Source: Mizuhopecten yessoensis (taxonomy: Eukaryota). Taken from it: DNA of 64,000 nt. A program made the translations under genes and the position numbers. The stretch covers positions 86,127 through 150,126 of the forward strand of contig NW_018479985.1 of the NCBI RefSeq assembly GCF_002113885.1, in the 5' to 3' direction. The first letter of the stretch is position 1, and every line of letters begins with the position of its first letter. The notes under the pieces are model-generated. The model worked only from the letters and a program-made list of their open reading frames with translations, was not told the origin of the DNA and did not search any database. Of the stretch, positions 1 to 14,870 are shown in pieces.

Positions 1-1114
1 TCAATATTTATAATATAATATTTATGGTTATACACCAAAATTTATAACTCGAAATAAGGGTGGGGGAGAAGACGAATTGTATTAACCTTATCCTTATCAA
101 ATAATTCCTAACTTAATTGTTATTTAGAGTGTCTAAAATAAGCAAATATTAATTACTTCTGTTTACAGAAATACATTTTATCACAGTCTTTATATTCATG
201 AAGAAATTTACATGTATGATGTACATGTAATGACATGTTTTGGTAAACATTTATGATCCAAGTCTGACAGGGAATTGTAATATCTGATGTGCAGCATCAC
301 CATAATCCTGTTCCCCTCTTCCACTTACGCTAAGTGTAGAAATATATATATATTTATTCAATAGTACTCTGTTCCTTTGATCTTCATCTTCAAACAATTG
401 AGAATTATATGAAAGCTTGAGACAAAATTAATTCTTGTATGACAAAAGTCAAATACCTGGTAGTACTGGAAGTGTGAATTGTGCATTGATTATGATAAAG
501 CTTTTAAACCTAAGAAATTTAAACCTCTTGGGGCGGGGGGGTGTCAGGTCATTTCGGGACTTTTTTCGCCATGTACACTATTGAACAGAGAGACAGTACA
601 GTTCTCAAAGTGTAACACGTGTACAAACTTACTCGAGACTTTATACAAACTAAATCAACGACATACTTATTTGATAAACGTGTGAAAAAGGTATTGTATA
701 AATGGGAAATTTACAATGAAAATTTTGTGAACACTTTGGGGAGCTTACGAGTAGTCAGGCGGTTAGCCACACTGCATTTCTTTTGCGACTTTGTCATCCA
801 GCCTTTGGAACAGCAGGCTTTAATTGTTGACCATTTCTTGCTCCGAAAACAACTTCGTAATCCGAAATCCAGTTAAATTCGACCAATATACTCTGTACTC
901 TTCCTTTTCTCCATTTTGTTTTTATATTTATCGACAACAATGTGGTTTCCCGCATTGAAGAGTTCCTACAAATACCGTAAATACGCAATTCGGAGTGCGC
1001 ATGTGCTTGACAACGAATAACTTTTGACTTAAGTTCAGTCTCAGCTAAGATTTTGCTTAGCACGTTTCATGATCCACTTAAGATTTTGGTCTTAGCTAAG
1101 TCAAAACTTCCTTG

Positions 1115-2525
1115 TAGACACCAAACATATTGACATATATTAGACACTAGATATATAGACACTAGACATGTATATAGACACTAGATATATAGACACTAGA
1201 CATGTATATAGACACTAGATATATAGACACTAGACATGTAGACACCAAGCATATTGACATATTTATAAGACACTAGATATATAGACACTAGACATGTATA
1301 CACTAGATATATGGACACTAGACATGTAGACACCAAGCATATTGACATATATATTAGACACTAGATATATAGACACTAGACATGTAGACAGCAAGCATAT
1401 TGACATATATATTAGACACTAGATATATTGACACTAGACATGTAGACACCAAGCATATTGACATATTTATTAGACACTAGATATATAGACACTAGACATG
1501 TATACACTAGATATATAGACACTAGACATGTAGACACCAAGCATATTGACATATATATTAGACACTAGATATATAGACACTAGACATGTAGACACTAGAT
1601 ATATAGACACTAGATATATAGATATATAGACACTAGAAATATAGACACTAGACATGTAGACACCAAGCATATTGACATATATATTAGACACTAGAAATAT
1701 AGACACTAGACATGTAGACACCAAACATATTGACATATATATTAGACACTAGATATATAGACGCTAGACATGTATATAGACACTAGAAATATAGACACTA
1801 GACATGTAGACACCAAGCATATTGACATATATATTAGACACTAGATATATAGACACTAGGTATATATATTAGACACTTGATATATATATTAGACACTAGA
1901 AATATAGACGCTAGATATATAGACATATAGACACCCGTTATATAGATATATAGACATATAGACACCAGTTATATAGATATGTAGACACAAGACATAGACA
2001 CTAGACACATAGACACCAGATATATAGACATATAGACACAAGACATAGACACTAGACACATAGACACCAGATATATAGACACATAGACACCAGATAAATA
2101 GACGTATAGACATAGACACCAGATATATAGACATATAGACACAAGACATAGACACAAGACATAGACACCAGATATATAGACACATAGACACCAGATATAT
2201 AGACATATAGACACAAGACATAAACACCAGATATATAGACATATAGACACAAGACATAGATACTAGACATATAGACACAAGCCATAGACACATAGACACC
2301 AGATATATAGACACATAGACACCAGATATATAGACATATAGACAAAAGACATAGACACTAGAACATAGACACCAGATATATAAACATATAGACACAAGAC
2401 ATAGACAATAGACATATAGACACCAGATATATAGACATATAGACACAAGACATAGACAATAGACACCAGGCATGTAGGCACAAGACACCAGGCATATGGA
2501 AATCAAGCATAGCCACACTAGACAT
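1115..2525. repeat. Compound micro/minisatellite built from TAGACAC/TAGATA/TAGACAT modules
   Basis: Continuous reshuffling of gacactagatatata/gacactagacatgta/gacaccaagcatatt (to ~1900), then gacaccagatatata/gacacaagacata. Source of the spurious VSIYL/CLYIW ORFs. Confidence 0.95.
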
Positions 2526-4943
2526 AATAAAGACAACACACATTCAGACAAATGCAATTTCTCACAGAAGCATATACTGTGCATATAGACAAATCATAAC
2601 AAGACAAAACTGTATATAATCAACATTTGTATTTACACTTGAAGTGCAAGGAGACTGAAGTAAGGAGGAAGTAGATTTGTGTTGGCCCTTATCAGGTGCT
2701 TGAGAGTGTTACACAAGCCAATCATAGCAGGTACATCCTACCTCTGTAACAATACTGGCTTATCATGTACCAAAAACAGTGGCAAAATCACACCCTAGGA
2801 GGACACACTCTACATGTACATCAACCTTAGAAACCTCACACACTTCCAACAAGTAGTGGTTATTTATAGCTTTTAAGTATTGTGTGGATTTTGAGCCAAA
2901 TAATCATATATGTGTAGTATCAAATTAATTGATAAGCAACTGCTAACGGAAGAAGGCCTAATTATGACAATTTGAAACGCTTTTGATTTTTAGGAAGTTT
3001 CCGTTGAAGAAAGCTAACCTCAACCTTGATATTTACTTGTAAATACTCTCCCATTGTGTGGACTGAGTTAACAGTTGGCCCAAGAATAAAGACCTTTGGG
3101 TCTATTCTTGTCAGAGGGGCAGATCTGATCACACTCTGACGTAAATCCAGCTATCCTTCGTCCAGCTTGATGGGTACTTCACTGCAAACACCTCACCTCC
3201 CTAATTTATCGTTAGGAAGCATTGTTTACCTCCCCCCTGTCTGGTACTTCTATGTACCTTGTGGCCCCCTCCCGAGACTATTACTGGTTCCCCTCCCCCC
3301 TAGATGTGTAGACTCTTGGTGCAGTCAAGTTAGTCATTTAGATTTGTTGTGTGAACCAGGAAATTAGTGTAAAGTATTGTTGCTTAGTATATTACAAAGT
3401 CTTTGCAACCATAACTTAAACATCTGATGGACAAGGGCACCTCGAAGTAAAATGACCTGTGTCCATTCTCTTCTGATGTAAGATTCATCAGTTTGGTAGT
3501 TTTGTTTATGTAGATATATTTTTAAAAGATGTCAATGTAGGTTTAATAGATTTAACCACTTCTTCAAAACTTGATTAAGTATACTGAATTAATCTGGCCC
3601 TGAGGAGAAATAGGTACTATCAAACACAAAATACTAATGGTGCAACATACCATAAGGGCCTGTGTTATAGAAATGGGTTCAAACTATCACTATGTAACAG
3701 TTAAAAAAGCTCTTTATATAGAAAATTCCCTGCAAACCAGACACATTTTGTGATCCCATAAGAATCTCCTAGAAGAGATGAAAGTACTAAAGACTTGTTC
3801 TTGAGAATTTTTCTTTTTATAATATATATATATATTGTAAGTGTGAAGTATACTAACCAGACTTCTTCCTAACTCTACCAATTAAGCAGATGTATAAAAA
3901 AAAATATACTATATTAACAGGACCAGTGGTACAGTCTGGGAGATGATAAGTTAGTATAGGTAGGGTGCTGAGAGATCGGAACACACTCTTTCCTGTGTAA
4001 ACTATTGTGTGTGGTTTATTCTGACACTGGGTTTGTGAAACAAATCCCAGCCCAGTGTTGAATGATTATTTACCCTTAAAGATGCTTGACTTTCTTCCCA
4101 CTGAAACCAGCTGTGTGGTTGTTACCCACTGCTTATACTCTATAATGAGGCTTACTCTGGGCCAGTGCATTCAAGTTAAATTTGTTTGTAAAGAGGTAAA
4201 ACACCCTGGCTTCAGTTCCACAGACTTTATTGTAAACTGAATCTCATTGATCTGGTCCCACCTCTACAATTACTTCTATAAATTAACTGATTTCTTTTAT
4301 AGAATTTATTATAGCAATTTTCATTAGACGAGATTAAAAAGTGTACTACTTATACGTAAACCTCTTTGAAAACCAAAATGAGGGGATTAATATAAGGTTT
4401 TACTGAAATTAAAGTTCAATCCTTAAGGTTGCAGTACATCTTGATAGCCTTAATTACCTTTCTTTAGGATTTTGTTTTGTTCATTGTTCTATCTCGTTTC
4501 TAACCTTGATGATATTGTTTTCTCTCTGAGTACAGTATATTTACTGTCTTTTCCCATTTCTTTACTGTGTAGTTATATATATAGGATCTTACATGAGTTT
4601 CCATTTCATATGAGATTTATGAAACGTAAGAATTTTTCAATTTAGCGAGCCTTTGGCAACCCTGTATGATATTGAACGCAACCAAATTAGAATTATTCCA
4701 TCGGCGTTTGAAAACATTACGTGAAATACATTCTGATCGACATTTCTTCATACTAACTGATGTACATAAAGGGACATTTAAAAAAAAAAATCACTGCCTT
4801 TATACTGTGATCATACCTTATTATAATACTAAGTATCTCTTCACAGTCTAACCATTCCTTCATATAGTAAGCATACTGTCACACTTGTACAATAGTCTTC
4901 AAATCTTGTTCTTAAGTCTGTATTCAAAATTAACTTTCAAAGT

Positions 4944-5465
4944 TAACCTACCCTGAAGGGTCACTCGAGGTATTGCGGTCCATTGCTGTCTGTCATGGAT
5001 TTTCTTTCTCTAAAGACTTCTTCTCGAGAACCACTAGACTAATTTGAACCAAATTTTGGTAAGAAGTATCTTTAATTAGTCAATGGGGATCCACATTTTC
5101 AAAAGAAAATTGGTAGGTCCTTTTGGGGTTTATTTGAGTCATGAAAAAGGCAAATATATATATACAGGTGCAGTTGACCCATGGAGCTGACTGAGGGCCT
5201 TAAAAGGATGATTTAAATTGCCTGAAAAGATTTCTCCTCTAGAACTTTAGGGATATCAACCCTATTTTGTTGAAACTAATTGCAAGTGGTTGAGATTCAA
5301 AATTGTATAAGTAGCGGGGATGACGCTTTAGTGGGATGAGGGGCTTTATAGGATTTACCGGGTAAATGGAAAGTTGGCTGTATTGCTTTTAGCGACTTCT
5401 TTTCTGGAACTCAGAGATGGATATCAACAGTATTTGCTTGGAAGCATTCTCAGGTGGTAGGGATG
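4944..5465 (+). mobile_element. Degraded HINE/Helentron-associated element remnant
   Basis: Three degenerate ~170-190-bp units starting (g)acttcttctc..gaac...aacc...tttg, resembling the central repeat of bivalve HINEs and the element at 33677. Ends not resolved. Confidence 0.45.
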
Positions 5466-8400
5466 TGTGTTGTTAGACACCATTGTTTCGCACTTAATGG
5501 CTCGGCTCCATCAAGTAATCGAAATATCCAATGCCATCACCATATTTGGACTGACTTCATTAATCAGTAAAGTGGCCTAAAAAAACAATGAGTAAACACA
5601 CCAGGGACCATGTACATTCATTAAAATAAAGTGAAATTTGAAATCTTTAGATTCTAAGATATTGAATTAATATGAGCAGAAAAACACTTTTATTTCAAAT
5701 GGAGCAAATGATTTCAGTATATCTGATTTGAATGAAATGGATTCAACCATAAATTAATTGCCAAGGGAGAAAATGCTGGCATTTTATATACATATTTCAG
5801 TGTAGAATTAGAAGTGAATGGTACACACTGTAGTCATCAAGGCTTGGGTTGGTATTATGTAGTACTGTCAGTTATTCCACAGGAGCTGACTTTAGGATTG
5901 CACTCCCTCCCTCGATCATTCTGTGTGCCATTTTGTCTGGGGCTTGCCTCATATTTTGTCACCTACAATTGGCAAATTTTGTATGGGAGTACCTCTTGGG
6001 ATGGTTTAAGCATTGTTTACTGAAATGGGGTCATGTGCCCCAACTTTGTATAAAAGACTTGTGAAACTTTTTACACCATGTATCACTTTGTCATATACCA
6101 TTACTGAATTTTGTACTTGAATACCTCTTGGGATGGCAAATTGTCGCATGCTGAAATAAGATTTATTTTGCTCAAATGTATGGTTCTATATCGTATGCTT
6201 AGTTTATATACTGATGTGGGTTAGTGTGGTTTACTTACAATGCCTTGCCTTGTTTAGTTAATTTTTTCTGAAAGAATTTAAAGAAAAACTTAAAGTCATG
6301 AAGTTACTTTGCTTTTCAAAGGTATAGATTTGAAAGAGAATTTCCCGGAATAATGTATTTGGAAATACCAGTGTAACACTATATTTAAAACCTTTTTGAA
6401 AATATTAAAATATTGGAGTTGTGAAGGATTGATGCTAACCGAATGTGACAGGAGAAATAGATTAGGCTAGTCCCTTTGATTGGAGGTTTCCCTCAACAGT
6501 GTGTTAATGGGTGGTATAATGAAATATCTATGTCTCCCTAACAATAGACAGTCCGGGACAATGCCTACCATTGTTAGGTCCTGTTAACCACATAAAAGTC
6601 AGCAGGAACAGTTGTCTTGGAATATTGGGATTCAGTGACGAGTTACATAAAAGTAATTACTTGATTGTACAGACCTAATATCCTGCTCCGAATCAATACA
6701 GTTATCCATACAGAAACATGGCTTCATATTAGCAGCTTTTGTACAACGACAATAGACACACAAGTTCATTCAGGTTGTATTGCATTGGGAATGAGCAATT
6801 TGGCTTAAAATGACAACTGTTTTTAAAAGGATAGTCAACTTCATTCTATGAAATTGAAAGTTTATTGGGAGAAAGAATTGGGGCAAAAAACACAATTTTA
6901 GCAGAAGAATTCTACTGTGAATATGTAATATTAAAATATTGTAGAAATTTGAAGTTATATAATATGCTGGGTGTCAGTGGTATCTGAGCTAGCTGTATGG
7001 TGGACAGGTGCCAAGGCTGTGTAATGATATAATTAGTATGGATCTGGGTGTACTTGTCACCTTTTTAGTAGATCATCTGTCAATAATGGTTAAACCTCTA
7101 GGGAGTAATGGGCTAGGTGGTCACTCGCTACTGGTCAATCATTGTAGCCACCACTGGTCAGTCATTGTAGCCAGTGGTCAATCATTCGCAGGTTGCTGAA
7201 CCAGATGGTCAATAAATTAAAGCATACAGATACTGGTACTGATGGAGCCAGACCTGGATTCTGAACATTGCCGAATGGTCAACTTTCTGGTCTAAATTTT
7301 ATATTTGAAAATAATACAAAAATACAGTGGTCACTTTGCAAAATCATTGTCAATGTTTAAAGTTGATGTCCTCATGCGGATGGCCATCATTAACGTTCAG
7401 CATACTGACTGACAGCTAGGGATATTTCAGTATTTTTGGGGGTTGATATTTAATTGGAAGCTAATTATATAACCAGACTTGAAAGTGATATATAACCAGA
7501 CTTGAACGTGATGCTAGTCAACAGGTTAACCAGACTTGAACGTGATGCTAGTCAACAGGTGTGTTCATTAAAAGTAGAGATACTGAAGTGCTGACCACTT
7601 AGGCCACCAACCTCGACCAACATTAGAGTGATTAAATCATCTACTGCCCAGTTAGATTAAATCTTCTGTTCACAATTATTTTACACAACTCTCATAAACA
7701 AGAGTTTTACTCCATGAACGGTACAAAGCACTGTTGCGGATTGCACCTCATTGTCTTTTTGGCAAAAAAACGTTTATATCTCCATTGATATTTTTCATTG
7801 AGAATTTCTGAGGATTGATGTTTCTGCTGAGGTGCTCAATAACCCACCTTGTGACTGTGTAACACCTGTCTTCTGTAAAGCTATCTAAAAAGAGAGGTTA
7901 GCTGCTTCCAGTTGGTTTAGAAGAGGAAGTTGGAACAACATTCTGTGGTAATTTGATGACTGGAGAAGGACATCTCTGTACATGCGTCATCCTTTATTGC
8001 TGAGTTTGTGAGGTTTGTTTTGAAGATCATTTTTGATATTGTCTCGTAGCACTGTAACGCTCTTTGTACTGATCAACTTTCTGTGGTTAGATTTTTGCTT
8101 TTCAGAAGAAAAAATACATAAATTAATCTGTCAAATTACCTACTACAAAATAAAACTCATACCCGTGTTTGACTTTTATAGTTTGGAAAATAGAGAAAAC
8201 CAATATTTTAGACTAAAAAACAAAGGTTTATCTAACGTCGAGGGTTTGGGCTTAAAACTATCACTCCAAACACTGACAGTTAACTATGATTTCTTGATTC
8301 ACTTGTCCCTTTGGGAGGAACACTAGGCTACACAATTATCAAGTTGAAGTATGTTTTCCTTTCATTTAGCTCATTTAATGATTAATTTTCCAAAAAAATA

Positions 8401-8910
8401 TTTATAGGAAGTTAGTGTTGTAAAGCTCCATGTGACTGTACTCGATGATCTGCATACAACATTAAACACACCTAAAAACTGAACTCTTCAAACAAGGATC
8501 TGGACTGTAGTTATTGAAATCTTCCCTTGCGTGTTAAAAGGTGTAATCATGCACTGTCAAACAAAAACCATGCTTTCCGACATATGACCTTTTCATTTCG
8601 ATAAAGTATGAACTACTAGTAAAAGGGTATGGGAAGCCAATGGCTTCAGCGGATGGCATAAAACGTATTAAAGAGTTGTTGTATATGTCTTAGATACCAT
8701 TAAGTTTCCACATGATATATGTGATAGGGCTGACCTTTACTGATATGTCTGTGGGATGTGGAACTGAAGCTAGAATATTGACAAATAACACTGACCTGTA
8801 ACGCTGAGGTAAAATACATGTATCAGTAACCAAGTCTTATTGAATATTTAAGACATCATCAAAGTGAAAACATTTTCTTCAATATTTTGAACACACACAT
8901 ACAAAACAAT

Positions 8911-9447
8911 CTGAGAAAAATAACCTGATAGGACAAAGTATCTTTAGAACTGAGAAAAATAACCTGGTAGGACAAAGTATCTGTAGAACTGAGAAAATAA
9001 CCTGGTAGGACAAAGTATCTGTAAAACTGAGAAAATAACCTGGTGGGGTAAAAGTATCTGTAGAACTGAGAAAATAACCTGATAGGACAAAGTATCTGTA
9101 GACCTGAGAAAAATAACCTGATATAGGACAAAGTATCTTTAGAACTGAGAACATAACCTGATAGGACAAAGTATCTGTAGACCTGAGAAAAATAACCTGA
9201 TAGGACAAAGTATCTGTAGAACTGAGAAAATAACCTGGTAGGACAAAGTATCTGTATAACTGAGAATATAACCTGGTGGGGTAAAGTATCTGTAGAACTG
9301 AGAAAATAACCTGATAGGACAAAGTATCTGTAGACCTGAGAAAAATAACCTGATAGGACAAAGTATCTGTAGAACTGAGAAAAATAACCTGATAGGACAA
9401 AGTATCTGTAGAACTGAGAAAAATAACCTGATAGGACAAAGTATCTG
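8911..9447. repeat. 38-39-bp minisatellite
   Basis: Unit ctgagaaaaataacctgataggacaaagtatctgtagaa, ~14 copies, decaying to ~9660. Confidence 0.95.
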
Positions 9448-9910
9448 TTGTACATAGAAAACAATTCTTGTCGGGCAAATATTTGTAAAACATAGAAAAA
9501 CAGTAGGGCAAGTATCTATTGTCCATAGAACAAAACACCTGATAGGGCAGGTTCTGTAGAACATAAAATACTAGAAGTGCAAGTATCTATAGTACATAAA
9601 AAAAAACTAGTAGCAAGAATCTACGGTTCATACAAAAAATCTGGTATAGCAAGTATCTGTAGCAAGTACACACAAAAAATAGGTATAGTGTTATCGGTCT
9701 CCTGCTTTAGTAGTAAGGCTGACTCAGAAATTGGCTCATGTGTATGGATTTCTGTGGGAGTCTGTAAGATACACAGAAGCAGTAATAGCACCACCACGAC
9801 CAGTTCTCCGTGCCTTTAGCAGCCCTACCACCATCAGTAATACTAGGTAGCCCCAGTACACAGAAAAACTACAGTACTACCACACACAACTTACAATTTT
9901 CCTTTTTTAT

Positions 9911-10040
9911 GTTTGTCACTAGAGGGAGACACTGTTTTATTGGATACGGACATCGGACACGGTATTTGTAGTTTGTCACTGTGATTGGTGCAGCAGTGGT
10001 ACCAGGACAGTAGTCACATACGACAGTCGTGTTCTCTCCG
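9911..10040 (+). promoter_or_regulatory. Candidate promoter region upstream of putative first exon
   Basis: Two reverse CCAAT boxes (ATTGG 9939, 9984), gtttgtcact repeated at 9911 and 9971, locally more CpG, CTCF-like TCACTAGAGGGAGAC at 9916. Motif-level inference only. Confidence 0.25.
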
Positions 10041-10430
10041 CACTGACAATGCTGGCACTGCTCTGAAACAGTCAACATTCTACCACTTTTAGGTAAAACA
10101 ACACAGACTTTGTCACAGGAAAACACTGTTTGGAGACTTTTCGTGAAAACTTTTGTGTAAAAATTGAAAAAAGTGTAATGTTTTGGAGAACTTGTTAAAC
10201 TTTCTAACTTAGATGAGTTATTTCTGGACTGTGAAGAAAAGAAGTTTTGAAGTAAAATTTGAGCAGTGTGAGTACCTACCATTGACCTTAGGTTTATGAA
10301 GCTGACTGATTGGCAGAAGGGTGTTTGTATTACCCTACAGACACAGGAGGAAGTAGACAGCATACAGACCAGGGATTATATATAGGACTCCAACATATAC
10401 CTACCAATTGTGGATACTCAAAAGGATACC

Positions 10431-10436
10431 ATGAGG
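10431..10436 (+). CDS. Candidate first coding exon (Met-Arg) of the RGS3-like gene
   Basis: ACC-ATG-AGG then GTAAGT (10437): A at -3, in-frame upstream TAG, phase-0 donor matching the phase-0 acceptor at 50886 (MR|GVHLEEP...). No transcript support. Confidence 0.35.
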
Positions 10437-10996
10437 GTAAGTTTTGTCGTGGTAACCCGACCTTGTGAGACATCGTTTCCTAGGTAACTCCACTTCCTTT
10501 CCTCCATCATTCTTTGTAATTTTAGTCTTTCACTTGTCATGGTCCTTCCTTCTGTACATATGCTTTTAACCTGGATTCAAGGGATCGTTAATTCTGAAAA
10601 ACCTGAGCTTTAGAAAGTAATGGCATCAATGGAAAAGTGAAAGTTTTAATTTATTGTTAAGTTTCTTTCTAATCTGTACAGAGCATGAACCAACGATAAC
10701 ACAGGTTTTTATCCTGCTTGATTAGAAAAGATTTTTTCTTAAATAACTTTATACACTTATGAGATGTTTCTCAAATTTTGAGCCGTTTTGGTCTTTTTTA
10801 TATTTTTTTGAAACGGCAGAGGGATATATGATTCTTTTGAAAACGTATTTTATCAAATTAAATGCACAAAAAAATCAATCTGAAGTCTGTTATCAAATAT
10901 CAAAGTATTTTATTTCAACATCAGTACAGCAACTATAAGTCTTCAAAAAATGTAACATTTAGACTTGTCTGGGAAAAAATCCCATGACATGATATA

Positions 10997-12221
10997 CAGT
11001 CGAACTTCGTTATCTCGAAGTTGACGGGGTCATGGAAAAACTTTGAGGTATCCAAGTATTCGAGTTATGCGGGTTCATAAATTTGGTATGAAATTTGCTG
11101 TTTGGACATAGCACTAGCAGTTGTTGATTTTATTCATAGCCAATGATGGTAATCAATCGATGAATGATATATACGTAATCAATATAAAAAATACAGGTAT
11201 GTTATTTCACAATAAACACGCTTACAAAAATATAGTAAGTTATTTCCGAAAAACGTACTTTTGTTTAACGCTATCAAAACGGTTGGACCACATTGTGAAT
11301 TTGTTATTAAATATGGGCGAGCCTAGTTATTAAATGGTTGTTTTTGGCTAGTCTAGATCTTGGCAAAGTTTTTCCAAGTCTACATTTGTATTTGCAAGCC
11401 CATCAAGTTTTACTTCTGAAGTGTTACATTTAAAAATCGAACTATCCCGCTGTCTCCTACCTGGTACTATACAATGCGGAAATGAAAGTATGCAAGTCTA
11501 AAACAAATCACTGTGATGGAGCGTACGTGTAGTTGAATCTGTAAATGAAAACACAAACAAAACGATTAATTAAAGCCAAATGTGACACCTGACATCTCCT
11601 CAACTCGATGTAATCAACGACAATTAGCATATTGTTCTTTAGACTTCAGACTCTCGATCGACTTTCAAAGCCATACGGTATATACTAGCTCCTGTAAAAA
11701 CATGAACCGGGAAGCTGTGGCCTAGGTTGTGATTTTAACTGTGGAATTCTTTTATGCATGACCACGCTTTGTGACCAATTTTCCGGTTTGTACTGTCGTC
11801 TGTTTGGGTGTACATACAGAATACTGTTGATCAACATTGATGAAGTTTGATTTTTATTATGAACAACATGGTTTTGACAGTCCACACAGTCTGAAGCTTT
11901 ATCGTAAATTTCATGCTTGTCTACTCACGAAAGATGTTCATAAACACGGAATTGCAAGATGTCATACTTTTGTGTTTTATTTGTATCAAAGAATTAATAA
12001 GTGACAATATGAAATTCGAACACTGTGCAGTAGACGATGTTTTGATGTTGGATTTACGCTATCGAAACCAATATCTTACTTTGAGGTATCCAAGTTTTTC
12101 AACTTTTCAGGGTTCAAATTATCAGAATTGTATTTGATAAGATAAAGAAGAGGTTTGGCTGGGACCGGAGAAATACTTCGAGATAAACGTTAAAAGAGTT
12201 TGAGATAACGAGGTTCGACTG
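10997..12221. mobile_element. Non-autonomous Tc1/mariner (pogo/Tigger-type) DNA transposon, 1225 bp
   Basis: Left TIR CAGTCGAACTTCGTTATCTCGAA; right TIR (rev-comp) CAGTCGAACCTCGTTATCTCAAA; TA on both sides (10995-96, 12222-23); no transposase ORF. Confidence 0.88.
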
Positions 12222-12770
12222 TATCTATTATATCATCAAAAGATTTTAAAGTAATACAGTAAAAGTAAAACTTTAATATGTTCCTTTTAATGACACTTGT
12301 TTCAATATAATCTTTGTTTCTGTGTGGCTCCCTGTGTTTCATTTGTAACCATTTGTAACCAATGTTTACACTTCCATTTTATCTAAAAGTTCATTGCATG
12401 TCACCCTCATTATACNTTTCACGGGGCAAAATTAGGTTTTTAAAGAGGAGACATCATCAGAGAAATAGAAGTTATCAAAAATAGTGTCAAGCAAGCTAAC
12501 CTCAATTATTTTCCTACAATAATTGTAAATTAGTGAAACAGTTGTATGTTGTTACAGGGGAAGGAATTTCTTCAAATGAGGCTTATTGAAATATATCGCA
12601 AGAAATAATCACTCAGATAATTTTGTTAAAGACATCAATTTTTAAATAGGCATGAAAATCTAATTTTCTATTTTGGACTTGAAAAGCGCATTAATTAAAA
12701 ACTGTATGCATACATATGTGTATACATACATATATTAGTTATATCAGAATTTTGTGGTAGCCATATTTAA

Positions 12771-13784
12771 GGATGTACACCTCTGAGAAGTCAAAAAATT
12801 CCTGTATTAAACTTTTTTTCTTATGTTGATTTTTGGAAAAAGGAGATAATGGCATAGTAGAAAATGCAAAAAAAAATATATGTTCGTGTGTTCGTTTTTG
12901 TGCTATGATCGGTCAAAGATACCAATTTAACACAATAGGTGATTTTAGGTGAATTTTCGGGTTTTGACCATTTGCAGAACAAATTCATACAATTTCTTCC
13001 AAGTGTGTTATCAGATATGTATGAATGTTTGTAGAATTGATAAAAATATTATTTTCTTTTAAATTATGGAAGTAAAATTTCTTAATCTTATTCATTTTAC
13101 TCAGAAATGCGATTTTAGTTACCCCTACCCCTTATTTTTTAATGAAAAATGCACATTTTTTCACCATTTTTTGCAGATTAAACGCTTGATATAAAAAAAT
13201 CCTGTATTAAACTTTTTTTGGTATTCAATAAATCAAAAGAAAACGTGTTTCTCTTTCTAAAACAGCCACAAAAATGGGGGGTCGGTGTGCTTCTTTTTTT
13301 GTCCCATTATTATTTGTGTTATTTTTCACTTTTTTCGGGGTCAAAATTCAAAAGTGCTTCAGTTACCCTAATATGTAAAAAAAAATACCAATAATATATA
13401 ACTTTCCACTTTTTTGCATATTATTTTAGTCATATTGAACATTATAAAGTTGTAAAGCAAAATTGAACCTGCTACATTTAAAAATGGTGACACAATGACA
13501 ATTTAAGTGATCAATCTAGTGTTAAAAAAGGTGAAATTTTGCCCTTTGTGAAGCGCAAGAAATTCACATAAATACACTTTTTCAAAATGGCCGCCAAATT
13601 GGTCTTTTTTTTTCAAATTCTTGTAAAAAATGTTCTACACACAACAGACATCTAGTTTTTTGACATGATTTTCAGATATGTGTTTGCTACTAAACCTATC
13701 ATAATTTGATAAATATTACAAAAACCTGTTACACCAGATCAAAACGAGACTTGAACGTGATTGAAACCTCAGAAGAGTACATCC
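12771..13784. mobile_element. Non-autonomous TTAA-target DNA transposon (Kolobok-type GG termini), 1014 bp
   Basis: TTAA TSD (12767-70, 13785-88). 17-bp TIR GGATGTACACCTCTGAG vs GGATGTACTCTTCTGAG (15/17). Internal direct repeat tcctgtattaaacttttttt; YY1-like CAAAATGGCCGCC at 13583. Confidence 0.85.
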
Positions 13785-14181
13785 TTAAGAACTTTTTTCT
13801 CAGTTTAAAAGTAGTAAAATATGATAAACTCAAACTATAAAATAACTGTTTTAACTACTTTATGATCTCTGTAGCACTAAACCAAAGTACATGTAAACTG
13901 AAAATTGATCATGATGAGAGTGCTGTGATTAAGCATCTGTTTAGTGCTCCAAATGTAATGAAAATAATTCTCATATTAATTACTTATTTCAGGTTTTACA
14001 TAATTTTGTATAACATTTAATTATCATACATGCATTGTGATATTTCTCTGTCATTGGAAAATGTTTATATTTTTTGGTGGTTTCATATTTTCTCAAATCT
14101 GCTAATGTAAAAGTCAGTGTAAAGAAATGTCTAGAAAAACTCCATAAAGAGAATCCTGAAGTGACTTCTGTTAACACTTTT

Positions 14182-14790
14182 GTCTAAACAGGACACCACA
14201 GTGTCACCTGTCTAAACAGAACACCACAGTGTCACCTGTCTAAACAGAACACCACAGTGTCACCTGTCTAAATAGAACACCACAGTGTCACCTGTCTAAA
14301 CAGAACACCACAGTGTTACCTGCCTAAACAGAACACCACAGTGTCACCTGTCTAAACAGAACACCACAGTGTCACCTGCCTAAACAGAACACCACAGTGT
14401 CACCTTTCTAAACAGAACACCAGTGTCACCTGTCTAAACAGAGCACCACAGTGGCACCTGTCTAAACAGAACACCACAGTGTCACCTGTCTACACAGAAC
14501 ACCTCAGTGACACCTGTCTAAACAGAACACCTCAGTGACACCTGTCTGAACAGAACACCACAGTGTCACCTGTCTAAACAAAACAGCACAGTGGTACCTG
14601 TCTAATCTTAACACCTCAGTGACACCTGTCTAAACAGAACACCTGTCTACACAGAATACCTCAGTGACACCTGTCTGAACAGAAAACCTCTCGGTGACAC
14701 CTGTCTAAACAGACCGCCTCAGTGACACCTGTCTAAACAGAACACCACAGTGACACCTGTCAAAACTCCACTCCACAGTTAAACCTGTAT
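14182..14790. repeat. 28-bp minisatellite
   Basis: Unit tctaaacagaacaccacagtgtcacctg, ~21 copies. Confidence 0.95.
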
Positions 14791-14870
14791 AAATTAAGCA
14801 TCAAAGGGGGAATTAGTTCAGTCACATTTTAGGTCACACAGGTTCATTTACATAAAATTGTGTCCAGTAG

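Noticed and set aside
960-1110. Inverted repeats ttttgactta/taagtcaaaa and NRF1-like tgcgcatgtgc, suggesting a DNA transposon end or promoter
   Set aside because: No matching opposite terminus or TSD is visible and it is truncated by the microsatellite; family cannot be supported.
9869-10363. 164-aa minus-strand Cys-rich ORF
   Set aside because: No recognisable domain; overlaps the candidate plus-strand leader region; length is compatible with chance.
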